From Octopus bimaculoides (Eukaryota), in the NCBI RefSeq assembly GCF_001194135.2, contig NC_068981.1, positions 194,053,769 to 194,103,885 on the forward strand: a stretch of DNA of 50,117 nt, in the 5' to 3' direction. The position numbers were made by a program, and so were the translations under genes. Positions 49,320 through 50,117 of this stretch are shown one piece after another (within the stretch, counting starts at the first letter, position 1; the number at the start of each line of letters is the position of its first letter). The notes under the pieces are model-generated. The model searched no databases. It was not told the DNA's origin and was given only the letters and a program-made list of their open reading frames with translations.

Positions 49320-49697
49320 TCAAACGTCTTTTGGTTCAGAACCAAATTTCTTTGGTTCATCCTTACAAATATCGTCGGCATCATGAACTGACAACGGCGA
49401 GATAAATCGAAATGACAATTTCCTGAGACGTTTTAGGCTGACATAATTAATGATCTTCGCACGAGATTTCTGTGTAAATAGCTTCAACTCAAATTCTTCG
49501 ATTGAAATTAAACAAGAAATTTTATGAATAAAAGAAGACCTGTTTGATTTTGGGTATTTCCGGCCATGGCGACGAACTATTCTGCTGGGACGATAACGCT
49601 TTGGTTTTACTACTCCTTTCGGTTTGGTTCGTCTTTTAGCAACATTGCTCAAAGATTTTCCAGTAGAATCTGTTGGTTGTAGCTTCCGGCTGACCAT
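49320..49697 (-). CDS. Highly divergent histone H3-like ORF (125 aa from the second Met; variant or pseudogene), lacking most of helix alpha3
   Basis: MVSRKLQPTDSTG aligns ungapped to H3 MARTKQTARKSTG (M, K4, S10-T11-G12). GVVKPKRYRPSRIVRRHGRKYPKS vs [24 protein letters not shown] gives 13/24 identities ungapped. ICKDEPKKFGSEPKDV vs LCAIHAKRVTIMPKDI is also ungapped (C110, K115, PKD). TGA falls at the Q125 position and is followed by L (L126). The frame extends upstream to an ATG at 49760. Confidence 0.7.
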   Translation of the reverse strand: MVSRKLQPTDSTGKSLSNVAKRRTKPKGVVKPKRYRPSRIVRRHGRKYPKSNRSSFIHKISCLISIEEFELKLFTQKSRAKIINYVSLKRLRKLSFRFISPLSVHDADDICKDEPKKFGSEPKDV

Positions 49698-50117
49698 TTC
49701 TCTAAACTGACCGCAAACCTTGACAGTGTAGCCTTGATAATTTGTCTTTTTATCAATCATTTAAATAATAAATCGTTGACATTTGAAGTTAGTGTTGGTA
49801 GGGAAAGTCCATTAGATGCGGCAGGAGTAAATAAAATTTATGCAACTAAAATGTACCTGATAAAAGAAAGGTTACGGTTTCGAATAAAGCAAAAGTTCTT
49901 CGACCGTTTACAAAATAGCTTGAAGGTGGTGCTGAAACAGGGAAGCAGCGGACCAAGTACAATTCAGATTATATAAAATTATATTATATTATATAAAATT
50001 TATATATGTATATATATATTTAACATGTACACTAGCGCAGACCTGTAAAATGATTTATTATACATTAAAATAAATTATTTTTCCATGTTGTTGGCAGTGA
50101 AACGATCGTAACTTCAT

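Overview
Eukaryotic, AT-rich, repeat-dense animal genomic DNA with six N gaps. The repeat landscape (tRNA-derived SINEs, (GAT)n-tailed retroposon 3' ends, TTAA-flanked MITEs, many microsatellites) looks like an octopus/cephalopod genome; this is my pattern recognition, not a database result. One clear host coding exon is present: 27534-28701 (+), the terminal exon of a RING-finger protein (RING, TRAF/RNF151-like zinc finger, N/S/T-rich linker, C-terminal coiled coil). Its upstream exon was not found in the window. Near the right end is an intronless, highly divergent histone H3-like ORF (49320-49697, minus), either a variant or a pseudogene; this is the top finding. Also present: a decayed ORF1-only LINE derivative (CCHC knuckle) whose 3' stem-loop is shared, with a compensatory base pair, with a SINE tail; two GG-terminated, 8-bp-TSD foldback transposons carrying telomeric TTAGGG repeats; a Penelope-type hammerhead ribozyme core at a gap edge; tandem pseudoknot-like units in a retroposon 3' UTR; and a CpG-poor to CpG-rich transition near 39 kb. 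No rRNA, true tRNA gene or CRISPR array is supported. Most ORF-track entries are repeat or gap artefacts. Repeat boundaries are approximate unless a TSD is quoted.
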